A stretch of 64,000 nt of DNA from Candidatus Poriferihabitaceae bacterium. GTDB lineage: Bacteria; Pseudomonadota; Gammaproteobacteria; Arenicellales; Poriferihabitantaceae. Both the position numbers and the translations under genes were made by a program. Numbering within the stretch: the first letter of the stretch is position 1; the number at the start of each line of letters is the position of its first letter. Of this stretch, positions 47,708 to 57,281 are shown one piece after another. The stretch spans positions 1,372,692 to 1,436,691 of the forward strand of contig OZ243919.1 of NCBI GenBank assembly GCA_965213885.1. Direction: 5' to 3'. The notes below the pieces were generated by a model. It saw nothing but the letters and a program-made list of their open reading frames with translations, was not told where the DNA came from and did not search any database.

Positions 47708-48952
47708 TCAGACCACGCCGGCTTCCTGCATGGCGGCAACCTCGTCCCCGGAGTAGCCGAGCAGAGACAGGACTTCCTCGGTGTGTTCACCCAGCAGAGG
47801 CGAGCGCATCACGTCCACCGGGGAATCGGACAGCTTCACGGGGCATCCGACGGTCAGGTACTTGCCGCGCTCCGGGTGATCCACCTCAACGATGGTTCCG
47901 GTTTCGCGCAGCGAGGGTTCCTCGGCCAGCTCCCTCATGGACAGGATCGGACCCACCGGGATGTCCAGCGGATTGCAGATTTCCATGACCTCGAACTTGG
48001 TCTTGGTCATGGTCCATTGCTCGATGGCGCCAAACACCTCATTGAGCCTTGGCAGCCGGGCATCCGGAGTGGTGAAGTCCGGATCCTCCTTCCACTCGGG
48101 CATGCCGATCACGTCGCAGATCTTCTGCCACACTGCGGCCTGGGTGATAAAGTATGTGTATGCGTTGGGGTCTTCTTCCCAACCCTTGCATTTCAGGATC
48201 CGGCCGGGCTGGCCGCCGCCCGAATCGTTCCCGGACCTCGGCGTGGCGTCACCGAAGGGAATATTCTCGCCGTACTGGGAATACTCCTTGAGGGGGCCTG
48301 CAGCCAGACGCTGTTGATCGCGGAGCTTCACCCGGCAGAGATTCAGGACCCCGTCCTGCATCGGTGCCAGTATCCGCTGCCCCCGGCCGGATTTTTCACG
48401 GTGATACAACGCGGTCACGATTCCGAGCGCCAGGTGCAGACCGGTTCCGGAATCCCCGATCTGGGCTCCCGTCACCAGCGGAGGCCCGTCAAGGAACCCG
48501 GTTGTGGACGCGGAGCCGCCCGCACATTGGGCGACGTTCTCATACACCTTGCAATCCTCGTAGGGCCCCGGGCCAAACCCCTTGACCGATGCCATGATCA
48601 TGCGGGGATTGAGCGACTGCACCCGCTCCCAGCCGAAACCCATCCGGTCGAGGGCGCCCGGTGCAAAGTTTTCCACCAGGACATCGCATTCACCGATGAG
48701 TCGCTCCAGGACCTCCTTGCCGTCCGGCGTCTTGGTATTGAGTGTCAGGGAGCGCTTGTTGTGATTGAGCATGGTGAAATACAAAGAATCAGCCCCCGGC
48801 ACATCCACCAGTTGCTTGCGGGTGGCATCACCCACACCAGGGCGTTCGACCTTGATGACATCTGCACCGAACCAGGCCAGCAGCTGCGTGCATGTCGGCC
48901 CTGACTGGACATGGGTGAAATCAAGGATCCTTACACCTTCAAGTGCCTTCAT
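47708..48952 (-). CDS. frc: Formyl-CoA:oxalate CoA-transferase
   Basis: Very high similarity by eye to E. coli Frc: [51 protein letters not shown] and [14 protein letters not shown]. Confidence 0.93.
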   Translation of the reverse strand: MKALEGVRILDFTHVQSGPTCTQLLAWFGADVIKVERPGVGDATRKQLVDVPGADSLYFTMLNHNKRSLTLNTKTPDGKEVLERLIGECDVLVENFAPGALDRMGFGWERVQSLNPRMIMASVKGFGPGPYEDCKVYENVAQCAGGSASTTGFLDGPPLVTGAQIGDSGTGLHLALGIVTALYHREKSGRGQRILAPMQDGVLNLCRVKLRDQQRLAAGPLKEYSQYGENIPFGDATPRSGNDSGGGQPGRILKCKGWEEDPNAYTYFITQAAVWQKICDVIGMPEWKEDPDFTTPDARLPRLNEVFGAIEQWTMTKTKFEVMEICNPLDIPVGPILSMRELAEEPSLRETGTIVEVDHPERGKYLTVGCPVKLSDSPVDVMRSPLLGEHTEEVLSLLGYSGDEVAAMQEAGVV

Positions 48953-48984
48953 ATTCGAGAACTCCCGTTATTGAATGTTTGAGA

Positions 48985-50724
48985 TTACTTGTACATGGTC
49001 TGGGCCTTGGTACCCGGTGCGTATTCATCCGGGTCCACCCAGACATTCACCACGGCGCACATCCCGGTTCTAGCGATGGCTTCCCTGGCACGTTGCAGTG
49101 CAGGCTGGATCTGGCTCGCATCCCGCACTTCTTCGCCGTAGCCGCCGATCATCTGTCCGAACATGCTAAAGGGCACGTCACCGAGCTTGTTCCCCACATC
49201 GCCACGCTCAGCGCCGTACTTGGCGATCTGGCCGTAGCGGATCTGGTTCATTGCGGAGTTGTTGCCCACGACGGCCAGGTACGGAGCACCGAACCGCTGG
49301 GAGGTTTCCATGTCGAAGGCGGTCATGCCGAAAGACCCGTCGCCGTACAGGCAGACCACCTCTTTTTGCGGATGCGCCAACTTGGCGGCCATGGCAAATC
49401 CCGTGCCGACACCGAGTGATCCCAGGGCGCCCGGGTCCATCCATTGCCCTGGCCTGCGTGGCCGCACCGCCTGGGCGGAAATGGTGACGATATCCCCACC
49501 GTCGCCGATGTAGATGGTGTCTTCCCCGAGGAACCGGTTGATCTCATAGGCCAGGCGATACGGATGGATCGGGTTCTGGTCAGTGGTGAACATGGGCATC
49601 AGCTTCTCCAGCTTTTGCCCCTCGATCCCGCGAAGCTGTTTCATCCATTCCTGGCGTTTCTGTCTGGCCCCCCGGTCGATCCGCCCGGATGCGGCCTGGG
49701 TCACGGCGGTGAGAACGGCACCGGGGTCACCGGCGATGCCGAGCGCAACATCCCGGTTCTTGCCGACGGTGGCGTAACTCTGGTCGATCTGCACCAGCAC
49801 CAGGTCCTGCGAAATCCGCTTGCCGTATCCCATGCGGAAATCGAACGGCGTTCCGACGATCAGAATCACATCCGCGTTGGAAAAGGCATCCCTGCGGGTC
49901 CGATCGAAATGATGGGGATCATCTTCCGGAAGCATGCCCCGGCTGGCCCCGTTCATGTAGGCGGGAATGTCCAGCGCCCGTATGAATTCGATGGCCTGCT
50001 CATGGCCCTGCGAGGCCCAGACCTGTTGCCCGAACAGCACCGCCGGACGTTCTGACTTGACCAGGATATCAGCCAGTTTCTCGATGTCCGCCGGGTCTCC
50101 GATGGCTTTCGTGGACGACCGGTAATGCCCGGGCTTCGGGACGACCGCCTTTTCCATCGGAATTTCCGCATCCAGAATATCCCTGGGAATTTCGAGGTAG
50201 GAGGGACCGTAGGCGCCGTTGAAACACTCCCTGGCCGCCATGGAGACCATGTCCGCCACCCTCTCGGTGGAGAATACTCCGGAGGCGAACTTGGTGATGG
50301 GAGCCATCATGTCCACATGGGGCAAATCCTGCAGAGAGCCCATCTTGTGCTGAGTCAGCGAACTTTGGCCGCCGATATGGAGAATGGGGCTTTCGGATCG
50401 AAACGCCGTGGCGATTCCGGTCACCGCGTTGGTGCAGCCCGGACCGGCGGTGGTCACCACGCAACCCAGCTTTCCCGTCTGGCGCGCGTAGCCATCCGCG
50501 GCGTGGGCGGCAGTCTGTTCGTGGCGCACATCCACGATGCGGATGCCCTCGTCGATGCATCCGTCGTAGATATCGATGATGTGACCGCCGCACAGGGTGA
50601 AAATGGTATCCACGCCCTCGTTTGCCAGGGCCTTGGCGACCAGATGTCCACCGGAAACCACTGCTCCGCTTTTGTCCTTTTGCGCCAGCGTGTCGGTGGC
50701 GGTGTCTCTGCTGCTGTCGTTCAT
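48985..50724 (-). CDS. oxc: ThDP-dependent enzyme, probable oxalyl-CoA decarboxylase
   Basis: Acetolactate-synthase-like fold with the ThDP motif GDGSFGMTAFDMETSQRFGAPYLAVVGNN. The assignment to Oxc rests on adjacency to frc. I prefer the start at ATG 50724 (GGAGAA SD). Confidence 0.7.
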   Translation of the reverse strand: MNDSSRDTATDTLAQKDKSGAVVSGGHLVAKALANEGVDTIFTLCGGHIIDIYDGCIDEGIRIVDVRHEQTAAHAADGYARQTGKLGCVVTTAGPGCTNAVTGIATAFRSESPILHIGGQSSLTQHKMGSLQDLPHVDMMAPITKFASGVFSTERVADMVSMAARECFNGAYGPSYLEIPRDILDAEIPMEKAVVPKPGHYRSSTKAIGDPADIEKLADILVKSERPAVLFGQQVWASQGHEQAIEFIRALDIPAYMNGASRGMLPEDDPHHFDRTRRDAFSNADVILIVGTPFDFRMGYGKRISQDLVLVQIDQSYATVGKNRDVALGIAGDPGAVLTAVTQAASGRIDRGARQKRQEWMKQLRGIEGQKLEKLMPMFTTDQNPIHPYRLAYEINRFLGEDTIYIGDGGDIVTISAQAVRPRRPGQWMDPGALGSLGVGTGFAMAAKLAHPQKEVVCLYGDGSFGMTAFDMETSQRFGAPYLAVVGNNSAMNQIRYGQIAKYGAERGDVGNKLGDVPFSMFGQMIGGYGEEVRDASQIQPALQRAREAIARTGMCAVVNVWVDPDEYAPGTKAQTMYK

Positions 50725-50761
50725 AAGTTCAGTTCTCCAGATCGTTCTTGGTTCCTGCAGA

Positions 50762-51457
50762 TCAATCGAGATAGTCGACATACTGCTTGATGTGCTCGGC
50801 GAGAGTCATTGCATGCTCCCGCACCAGTTGTTCCGCCATGGTGGCATCACGGGCTTCCACTGCCCTGATGATGCGCATGTGGTCGATGATCGACTCCGTG
50901 GCCCGATCCCGTTCACCAATGGTTTTTCTGCGGATGGCGCGCATGTGCATGAACAGGCCATCGGTGATTTCCTTCAACAGGCGGCACTTGCTGAGCTCGA
51001 TCAGCCGCTGGTGAAAGAGGATATTGGTATCCGAGTATTCGTCGATGTGGGCCCTCGCCTCATGACTTTCATCGAAGGTGGCGAACATGCGGCGCATGGA
51101 AGCGATCTCTTCATCACTCGCGTTCTCGGTGACCAGGCGCGCGGCCATGCCCTCGAGCCCCGCCCAGACACAGACGATTTCCAGAATCTCCGCTTTCGAC
51201 TTGCGGACCACGAAGGCGCCACGGCGAGGATAGGTTTTCACCAGCCCCTCCTGTTCGAGGCGTGTAATGGCCTCACGGATCGGGGTCCTGCTGACACCCA
51301 GGTTCATCGCAAGCTTCCGCTCATCCAGCTTGGGTGGTTCTTCGCCGGAATAGATGTCCATGCCGGATATCGCATCCTTGATGGCCTGATAGACCGATTC
51401 CTTGAGCCCCGGAGTAGCCTCCAGGGGTTTAACCGTAACGATGCTGTCAGAACTCAT
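50762..51457 (-). CDS. GntR-family transcriptional regulator, FadR/FCD subfamily
   Basis: 231 aa. wHTH (ERKLAMNLGVSRTPIREAITRLEQEGLV) plus an all-helical FCD domain. Confidence 0.88.
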   Translation of the reverse strand: MSSDSIVTVKPLEATPGLKESVYQAIKDAISGMDIYSGEEPPKLDERKLAMNLGVSRTPIREAITRLEQEGLVKTYPRRGAFVVRKSKAEILEIVCVWAGLEGMAARLVTENASDEEIASMRRMFATFDESHEARAHIDEYSDTNILFHQRLIELSKCRLLKEITDGLFMHMRAIRRKTIGERDRATESIIDHMRIIRAVEARDATMAEQLVREHAMTLAEHIKQYVDYLD

Positions 51458-51473
51458 GGTCAGTCGAAAATCC

Positions 51474-51497
51474 CGGTATCTGGTATCTGGTATACAA
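51474..51497. promoter_or_regulatory. Operator-like motif copy B, immediately upstream of the GntR gene
   Basis: CGGTATCTGGTATCTGGTATACAA carries three GGTAT units. The core TGGTATCTGGTATACA (51481-51496) differs by 1 nt from copies A and C. Confidence 0.45.
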
Positions 51498-51533
51498 TCC
51501 TGTCGATTCAGACGATATCCGGTGTTGCATGGT

Positions 51534-53063
51534 TCAGCCCTGCCCTTGTCCCATTCCCAGATTGCGGCGCCTGTAACGAATGAGTTTCTGGATGAGCGGA
51601 TAACAGATGAGCGCCAGCGCGATCAGGATACAGACTGCGGAGATGGGACGGGTCATGAACACGGTCACGTCTCCGTGAGAGGCCAGCAGGGATTGTCGCA
51701 ATGAACGCTCGGCCAGGGGGCCCAGCACGATCGCCAGTACCGCGGGCGCCACGGGGTAGTTCAGTTTTCTGAGCAGATAGCCCACCACACCGAACAACAG
51801 CATCAGCCAAACGTCGTGCATGGTCTGGGTGGGTGCATAACCGCCCACCACGCAGAGAATGTAGATAATCGGCGCCAGGATGGAAAACGGCAGCGTCAGT
51901 ATCTTGACGAAAAGCGGGATAAACGCCAGGTTGATCACCAGGGTTGCGAAATTCGCGATGTACAGCGACCCGATCAGGCCCCACACGAATTCCGGATTCT
52001 CGGTGAACAGCAGCGGACCCGGTCTGAGCCCCCAGATGATCATGCCCCCCAGCAGGATGGCGGTCGTCGGCGATCCCGGGATTCCCAGGGTGATCATGGG
52101 CAGCATGGAGCCGGTGGAGGCAGCGTTGTTGGCCGCCTCCGGTGCAGCGACGCCCCCCACATTGCCCTTGCCGAAACTGTCGGGATCCTTACTGAAGGTT
52201 TTCGCCAGGCCGTAGGACATCAGGGAGGCCGGGGTTGCTCCCGCGGCAGGCAGGGTGCCGACGAAGTAGCCGAGCACCGATCCCAGGGAGGTTGTTCCGA
52301 TATAGTTCTTGATGTCCCTGAAATTGCTCTTCATCCTTTCCAGGGAAATCTGGACCTTGTGCACCATCACTTCACCCTTGGTGGTTTCCAGGGTCCAGAG
52401 CATTTCCCCGATGCCGTAAATACCGATGGCAAGCACCAGAAAGTTGATGCCATGGAGGAATCCGTCGATGTCGCCGAAAATGAGTCTCGGCTGACCGGAA
52501 ATGATGTCAAGGCCGACCGCCGCCAAGACCAGTCCGATGAGTATGGAAAAGATGGTTTTGGGAATATCGTCCCCACCAAGCCCGATGAACGTGGCGAAGG
52601 CCATGATCATCAGGGCGAATTCCTCCGCTGGCCCGAACCTGAGCGCAAAGGATGCCAGCGGTGGCGCGAACAGGGTGAACAGCACCACGGAGATGGTGCC
52701 GCCGACGAAAGAGGCCACCGCTGCGGCGGTCAGCGCCCTGTCTGCCTGCCCCGACTGGGCAAGCGGCCTGCCGTCGAACACCGTTGCTACCGCGGTGGAT
52801 GCCCCGGGTATGCCCAGCGTGATCGAACTGATGGCACCCCCGTACATCGCGCCGTAATAGATTGCCGCAAGGAAGATGATCGCGGCGGTGGGCGGTACGA
52901 TGAAGGTGATGGGAAGCAGGATGGCCACCCCGTTGACCGAACCAAGGCCAGGCATGGCGCCGATCAGCAGTCCCAGCGCACAGCCGATGATGATCATCAT
53001 GAAATTGAGTGGCTGCATCGCCTCGGCCAAGCCACCCATCAGATGAAGAAAAATGTCTTCCAC
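51534..53063 (-). CDS. tctA: Tripartite tricarboxylate transporter large permease
   Basis: 509 aa, about 12 TM, with a typical TctA N-terminus (LMGGLAEAMQPLNFMMIIIGCALGLLIGAMPGLG). Confidence 0.92.
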   Translation of the reverse strand: MEDIFLHLMGGLAEAMQPLNFMMIIIGCALGLLIGAMPGLGSVNGVAILLPITFIVPPTAAIIFLAAIYYGAMYGGAISSITLGIPGASTAVATVFDGRPLAQSGQADRALTAAAVASFVGGTISVVLFTLFAPPLASFALRFGPAEEFALMIMAFATFIGLGGDDIPKTIFSILIGLVLAAVGLDIISGQPRLIFGDIDGFLHGINFLVLAIGIYGIGEMLWTLETTKGEVMVHKVQISLERMKSNFRDIKNYIGTTSLGSVLGYFVGTLPAAGATPASLMSYGLAKTFSKDPDSFGKGNVGGVAAPEAANNAASTGSMLPMITLGIPGSPTTAILLGGMIIWGLRPGPLLFTENPEFVWGLIGSLYIANFATLVINLAFIPLFVKILTLPFSILAPIIYILCVVGGYAPTQTMHDVWLMLLFGVVGYLLRKLNYPVAPAVLAIVLGPLAERSLRQSLLASHGDVTVFMTRPISAVCILIALALICYPLIQKLIRYRRRNLGMGQGQG

Positions 53064-53144
53064 GCTATACCTCGGTGCTCAGTGGTGATGCCCCTGGCTC
53101 GGTGATTGCCCGGAAGGCCATTAAGCAGCTAACCAGTCCGGACA

Positions 53145-53651
53145 TTACGAATACATCAGGTCGTAGATCGGATAGAACATCGGTTCCGTGATGGACTTCG
53201 GCAGCGGAATCTTGAGTGCCCACTCAAACAGGCAGAAAATGAAAACCGGAACCAGGACCATCATGGCAACCGTGATCAGCCAGGAATGCCTGCCGACAAA
53301 CCTGAGATAGAACAGCAGGAACAGGAACAGCGCGACATAGATGCCCAGCAGGTGTGTCACAACCAGGAGAAATACGATGGACCCCGCTGATATCCCCACC
53401 AGCAGGGCGACTTCCCTGGTCATGTAGGGCTCAAGGTTCCTGGACTCCGGGGTGGTTCCGCGAAACCACCGGAACATGGTGGCTACACAGGCCAACAGCA
53501 TGCCTGCCGAAAGCCAGAACGGCCAGGCACCCGAACCGGGCCCCCTGTCAGGTACCCATCCGATCCTGAGTTCCGCACTCTTGACCATGAGCCCTATGGA
53601 GCACAGTGCGAGCAGTACTGCCATCAGGATTTCTGCGGTACGGACTGTCAT
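53145..53651 (-). CDS. tctB: Tripartite tricarboxylate transporter small permease
   Basis: About 168 aa, 4 TM, located between tctC and tctA. The ATG at 53651 has a GAGG SD; the track start at 53693 remains possible. Confidence 0.75.
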   Translation of the reverse strand: MTVRTAEILMAVLLALCSIGLMVKSAELRIGWVPDRGPGSGAWPFWLSAGMLLACVATMFRWFRGTTPESRNLEPYMTREVALLVGISAGSIVFLLVVTHLLGIYVALFLFLLFYLRFVGRHSWLITVAMMVLVPVFIFCLFEWALKIPLPKSITEPMFYPIYDLMYS

Positions 53652-53824
53652 GGTGGTTACCTCGTTGGTGGTCACCGTCCTCCTGCCCGTCATTCAGGAC
53701 ATCGGGCGGCTCACAGAACAGTGATGCTGTATCCGGCATCACCCTCCTCGGGGATGCCGGCCGGAGCGGCGATACAACGCCGCCCCGGCCATTGTCGACA
53801 AACGGTTATCGATATGGAATCGAA

Positions 53825-54832
53825 TTACTCGCCGGTGATCGCAGTTGCACCGACGGATTCGATCAGTTCCTTGTGCAGGGCAATCTGCTGGGTATGGTAC
53901 GTACCAAGGTCATCACCGGCCAGCCACTGGTCGCAGGCCAGGCCATCATCCGTGCAGAATTTCTGCCACTCCGCGGATTCAAACAGCGTCTTGAACAGGT
54001 TGATGTACCAATCCTGAGCCTCCTGGGACATTCCCGGAGGTCCGTTGATGGAACGCTGCATGTAGTACTCCATGTTTACCCCCAGTTCGTTCGCAGTGGG
54101 AACGTCCGGATAGGCGGGAAGGCGCTCTGCCGTGAACTGAACGATGGGCTTGGTTTCCCCGGCACGGTAGAACTCGTTCTGCTCGGCCGGGTTGTTCACC
54201 GTGGAGTCGACGTGGTTGCCCACCAGGTTCTTGGCCACCGTGCCACCGCCCGGGAATGGGATGTAGGTCACGTCGTAACCGAACTCCTTCTCCATCATCG
54301 CAGTCAGGATGGAATCCTCCTGGCCGGTGCCGGTGCCGCCGACTTTCCAGTTGTTGCCGGCAGCCTTGACGGCGGCCACATAGCTGTCAAGATCGGTGAT
54401 GTCTTCGCGCCCGCTGTTAACCCAGAGCACGAAGTTGTCGATCGCCATCCGGCCGATGGGCGTGAAGTTTGACACGTCCACGCCGATGCCCTTCTGTATG
54501 ACCGGTGTGGTGTAGAAGCTGTTCAACGTTACGAGGATGGTATGGTCGTCACCGTCCTTGTCCTGGATGTAGCGCAATGCCTCTGCGCCGGAACCTCCGG
54601 GCTTGTTGATCGGGATGATGGGCCGTGGCGAGAGGTCCTTCTTCTCGATCAGACCCTGCAGCAGTCGGGCAATCTGGTCAGCACCTCCACCGGCCCCCGC
54701 CATGATGATCAGCTCAACGGGCTTTTTCGGGGACCACTCGGCCATCGCAGGAGCCGAAAGCCCCAATGATGTCGCGGTGGCAACGGCAACCGGAACAGCC
54801 GCCTTTTTTAACTTAGAAAGTACAGTACACAT
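53825..54832 (-). CDS. tctC: Tripartite tricarboxylate transporter substrate-binding protein (Bug/TctC family)
   Basis: 335 aa with a signal peptide ending SAPAMA and Bug-family motifs (IIMAGAGGGADQIARL; NKPGGSGAEAL). Confidence 0.9.
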   Translation of the reverse strand: MCTVLSKLKKAAVPVAVATATSLGLSAPAMAEWSPKKPVELIIMAGAGGGADQIARLLQGLIEKKDLSPRPIIPINKPGGSGAEALRYIQDKDGDDHTILVTLNSFYTTPVIQKGIGVDVSNFTPIGRMAIDNFVLWVNSGREDITDLDSYVAAVKAAGNNWKVGGTGTGQEDSILTAMMEKEFGYDVTYIPFPGGGTVAKNLVGNHVDSTVNNPAEQNEFYRAGETKPIVQFTAERLPAYPDVPTANELGVNMEYYMQRSINGPPGMSQEAQDWYINLFKTLFESAEWQKFCTDDGLACDQWLAGDDLGTYHTQQIALHKELIESVGATAITGE

Positions 54833-54866
54833 CAGTTTTTATCCTCCAGAGGAAATGATTTGATTT

Positions 54867-54885
54867 TTGGTATATGGTATACCAA
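54867..54885. promoter_or_regulatory. Operator-like motif copy C, 35-53 nt upstream of tctC
   Basis: TTGGTATATGGTATACCAA has 8-nt inverted arms TTGGTATA/TATACCAA and contains the 10-bp palindrome TGGTATACCA. Confidence 0.5.
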
Positions 54886-55038
54886 ATACCAGGACAGAGA
54901 ATACTCCGCCTTGCGCCGCTTGTAAAGCAGCAGGCGAAGCGGGTTTGGCTACCGGTCTGACGATGGGTCGGACCGGATAGGAAAGCCACTGGTCAAAATC
55001 GAGATGTGGATTCTAGTCAATTGATTTACATGATATTT

Positions 55039-55911
55039 TCAGGATATCATGGATTTAGCGATGGCACCGATCTCCACGGGGCTGTCGACAACGTGCACCC
55101 CGGCAGCGGCCAGGGCTGCTTTTTTCGTCGCCGCCGTTCCGTTGCCGGACTGAATGATGGCGCTGGCATGGCCCATGCGGGTTTCCGTTGGCGCATGTTC
55201 CCCTGCAATGTATGCGAGCACGGGCTTGCCAAACTCGTGAGAGCCCAGGTATTCCGCGGCACGTTCCTCCTCGGTGCCACCGATTTCACCCACCAGCACC
55301 ACGAGTTCGGTCTCCCCGTCATTGCCGAACCTCTCCAGGCAGTCAACGAAGCCGAGGCCATGCAACGGATCGCCACCGATTCCCACGCAGGTGGACTGCC
55401 CCAGCCCGGCATCGGTGGTCTGCCATACCGCTTCATAGGTCAGTGTACTGGACCGGGATATGATGCCCGCCCGGCCGCGCCGGAAAATCTGCCGGGGCAT
55501 GATGCCGATACGACATTCCTCCGGAGTAATGATGCCGGGCGTGTTCGGGCCGAGGAGAAGACTGCGGCTTCCATCCAGCCTCTCCCGGACCCGGGCCATG
55601 TCGAGAACCGGAATATGCTCCGTGATGCAGATGATCAGGGGAATTTCCGCATCGATTGACTCCAGTATCGCGTCCGCCGCCCGATCCTTGGGCACAAAGA
55701 TCACACTGGCATTGGCATCCGTGTCGGCACGGGCCGTCAGCACATCGTCATAGACCGGCAGGCCCAGATGCCTGCTGCCCCCCTTGCCCGGGCGTACGCC
55801 TGCCACCATGCGGGTGCCGAATGAAATGGCACGTTCGGTGTAGAAACTCGCCTGGTTGCCGGTGATTCCCTGGCAAAGCACCCGCGTTTCACTGTCCACC
55901 AGTATCGACAT
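55039..55911 (-). CDS. Succinyl-CoA-synthetase-like (ADP-forming acid-CoA ligase) alpha subunit, second and divergent copy
   Basis: 290 aa. The CoA-binding N-terminus and phosphohistidine loop RMGHASAII are conserved, but [10 protein letters not shown] and other segments differ from the sucD at 32024-32899. Confidence 0.85.
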   Translation of the reverse strand: MSILVDSETRVLCQGITGNQASFYTERAISFGTRMVAGVRPGKGGSRHLGLPVYDDVLTARADTDANASVIFVPKDRAADAILESIDAEIPLIICITEHIPVLDMARVRERLDGSRSLLLGPNTPGIITPEECRIGIMPRQIFRRGRAGIISRSSTLTYEAVWQTTDAGLGQSTCVGIGGDPLHGLGFVDCLERFGNDGETELVVLVGEIGGTEEERAAEYLGSHEFGKPVLAYIAGEHAPTETRMGHASAIIQSGNGTAATKKAALAAAGVHVVDSPVEIGAIAKSMIS

Positions 55912-57185
55912 TACCCCCTGCCCTCCTGAGACTGACCGCTGACTCTCTGAATAATCTTCTGCAGCCAGCCCTCCTGCGTCCTGGGGTCGGCAGTTTTCCC
56001 GGTCCGCGCCAACTGCACCGCGAGTTGCGCACCTTCGGCCATGTTTGTCGCCAGGACCACACCGGGCATTCCCTCCCGCAACCGCCGGTTGGCAAGTTCC
56101 GAATTGGTGCCGGCAAGACGTACCACCAGGGGAACGCGGAAAGGTCGCACGCGGTTGATGACCTGGATGGCATCGGACACGGTGTCACAACGCATGATGC
56201 CCCCGCCGAACACGTTGATGAACAGACAGCGAATTCCGTCCCCGCCGAGCAACAGCTCCAGGGCGCTGGTTACCCGGTTGACCTTGGAATCCGGGGGAAG
56301 ATCAAGGAAATTGGCCGGCCGGCCGCCGAATTGCACCAGAGCATCCAGAGTCGCCATGGACAACCCCGCTCCCACCGTCATGCATGCAATGTCGCCACCC
56401 ATGCGTATGTAATTGAATCCATCACTGCTGGCCCTGCGTCGGTTGCCGCTTTCCGACTCCTCCGCTTCCATCCGCAACAGGGTCTCCTGGCGGTAGAGGG
56501 CATTGTCATCCGCAATGATCTTGGCATCCAGGGCAATGTACTCCCCGCCCGTGATGCCCACCGGATTGATTTCAAGCAGCGTGAGGTCACGCTCCCGTGC
56601 CAGGGTGACCATCCTGCCGGCAAGATCCCGCATGGACTCCGCTTCATTCCCCGTGAATCCATAACGATCCAGCGCCGCATCCAGTTTTGCCGCATCCGGA
56701 CCATGATCGAGGGAGACCGGAACGGCGGCCACGGCATCCGGCCTGTGCCTCAGACTGTCCTCGATGCCGGTACCGCCCTCCGGCGAAACCAGCAGCACGA
56801 AGGACTGGTTGAATTCATCCATCAGCAGCGACAGTGACACCTCCCGCTCCACTTTCAACGCCAGTTCAACATAAACGCGTTCCACCGGCATCCCCTCCGG
56901 TCCGGTCTGGGCGGTGATCAGGTTCCTGCCCAACATGCTGCGGGCATCCGCACCCACATTGACGAGCGTCTTCGCGGCACGAATGCCCGACTTGAGGTCC
57001 TGACCCCTGAAGCTTCCCTCGGCGCGGCCGCCGGCGGGAATCTGTGCCTTCACCATCCACTCGTCCCCGCCGATATCCCGGGCAACCGCCTCGGCTTCCT
57101 CCGGGGATTCTGCAGCCTGGCCCGCGGGAACCCTGATGCCGTAATCCCGCAGTAGCGCCTTCGCCTGGTATTCGTGGAGATTCAT
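55911..57185 (-). CDS. Succinyl-CoA-synthetase-like beta subunit (ATP-grasp), divergent paralogue with a C-terminal extension
   Basis: 424 aa. MNLHEYQAKALLRDYGIRVP... is SucC-like, but the body is much more diverged than the sucC at 32899-34068. It shows the same 1-nt TAATG-style overlap with its alpha subunit. Confidence 0.8.
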   Translation of the reverse strand: MNLHEYQAKALLRDYGIRVPAGQAAESPEEAEAVARDIGGDEWMVKAQIPAGGRAEGSFRGQDLKSGIRAAKTLVNVGADARSMLGRNLITAQTGPEGMPVERVYVELALKVEREVSLSLLMDEFNQSFVLLVSPEGGTGIEDSLRHRPDAVAAVPVSLDHGPDAAKLDAALDRYGFTGNEAESMRDLAGRMVTLARERDLTLLEINPVGITGGEYIALDAKIIADDNALYRQETLLRMEAEESESGNRRRASSDGFNYIRMGGDIACMTVGAGLSMATLDALVQFGGRPANFLDLPPDSKVNRVTSALELLLGGDGIRCLFINVFGGGIMRCDTVSDAIQVINRVRPFRVPLVVRLAGTNSELANRRLREGMPGVVLATNMAEGAQLAVQLARTGKTADPRTQEGWLQKIIQRVSGQSQEGRG

Positions 57186-57281
57186 TCGTCAGTATTCGTG
57201 CCGGCACTTCGATGACAACATTGCGTTCACCCGCAAGGATGCCAGTAATCCTGTCCTCCAAAGCCAGCCATTATGCGGGAA

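Noticed and set aside
45138-48904. Long + strand ORFs (477, 371 and 514 aa) across fhs, the formyltransferase and frc
   Set aside because: All are antisense to genes with near-textbook sequences (FTHFS, Frc).
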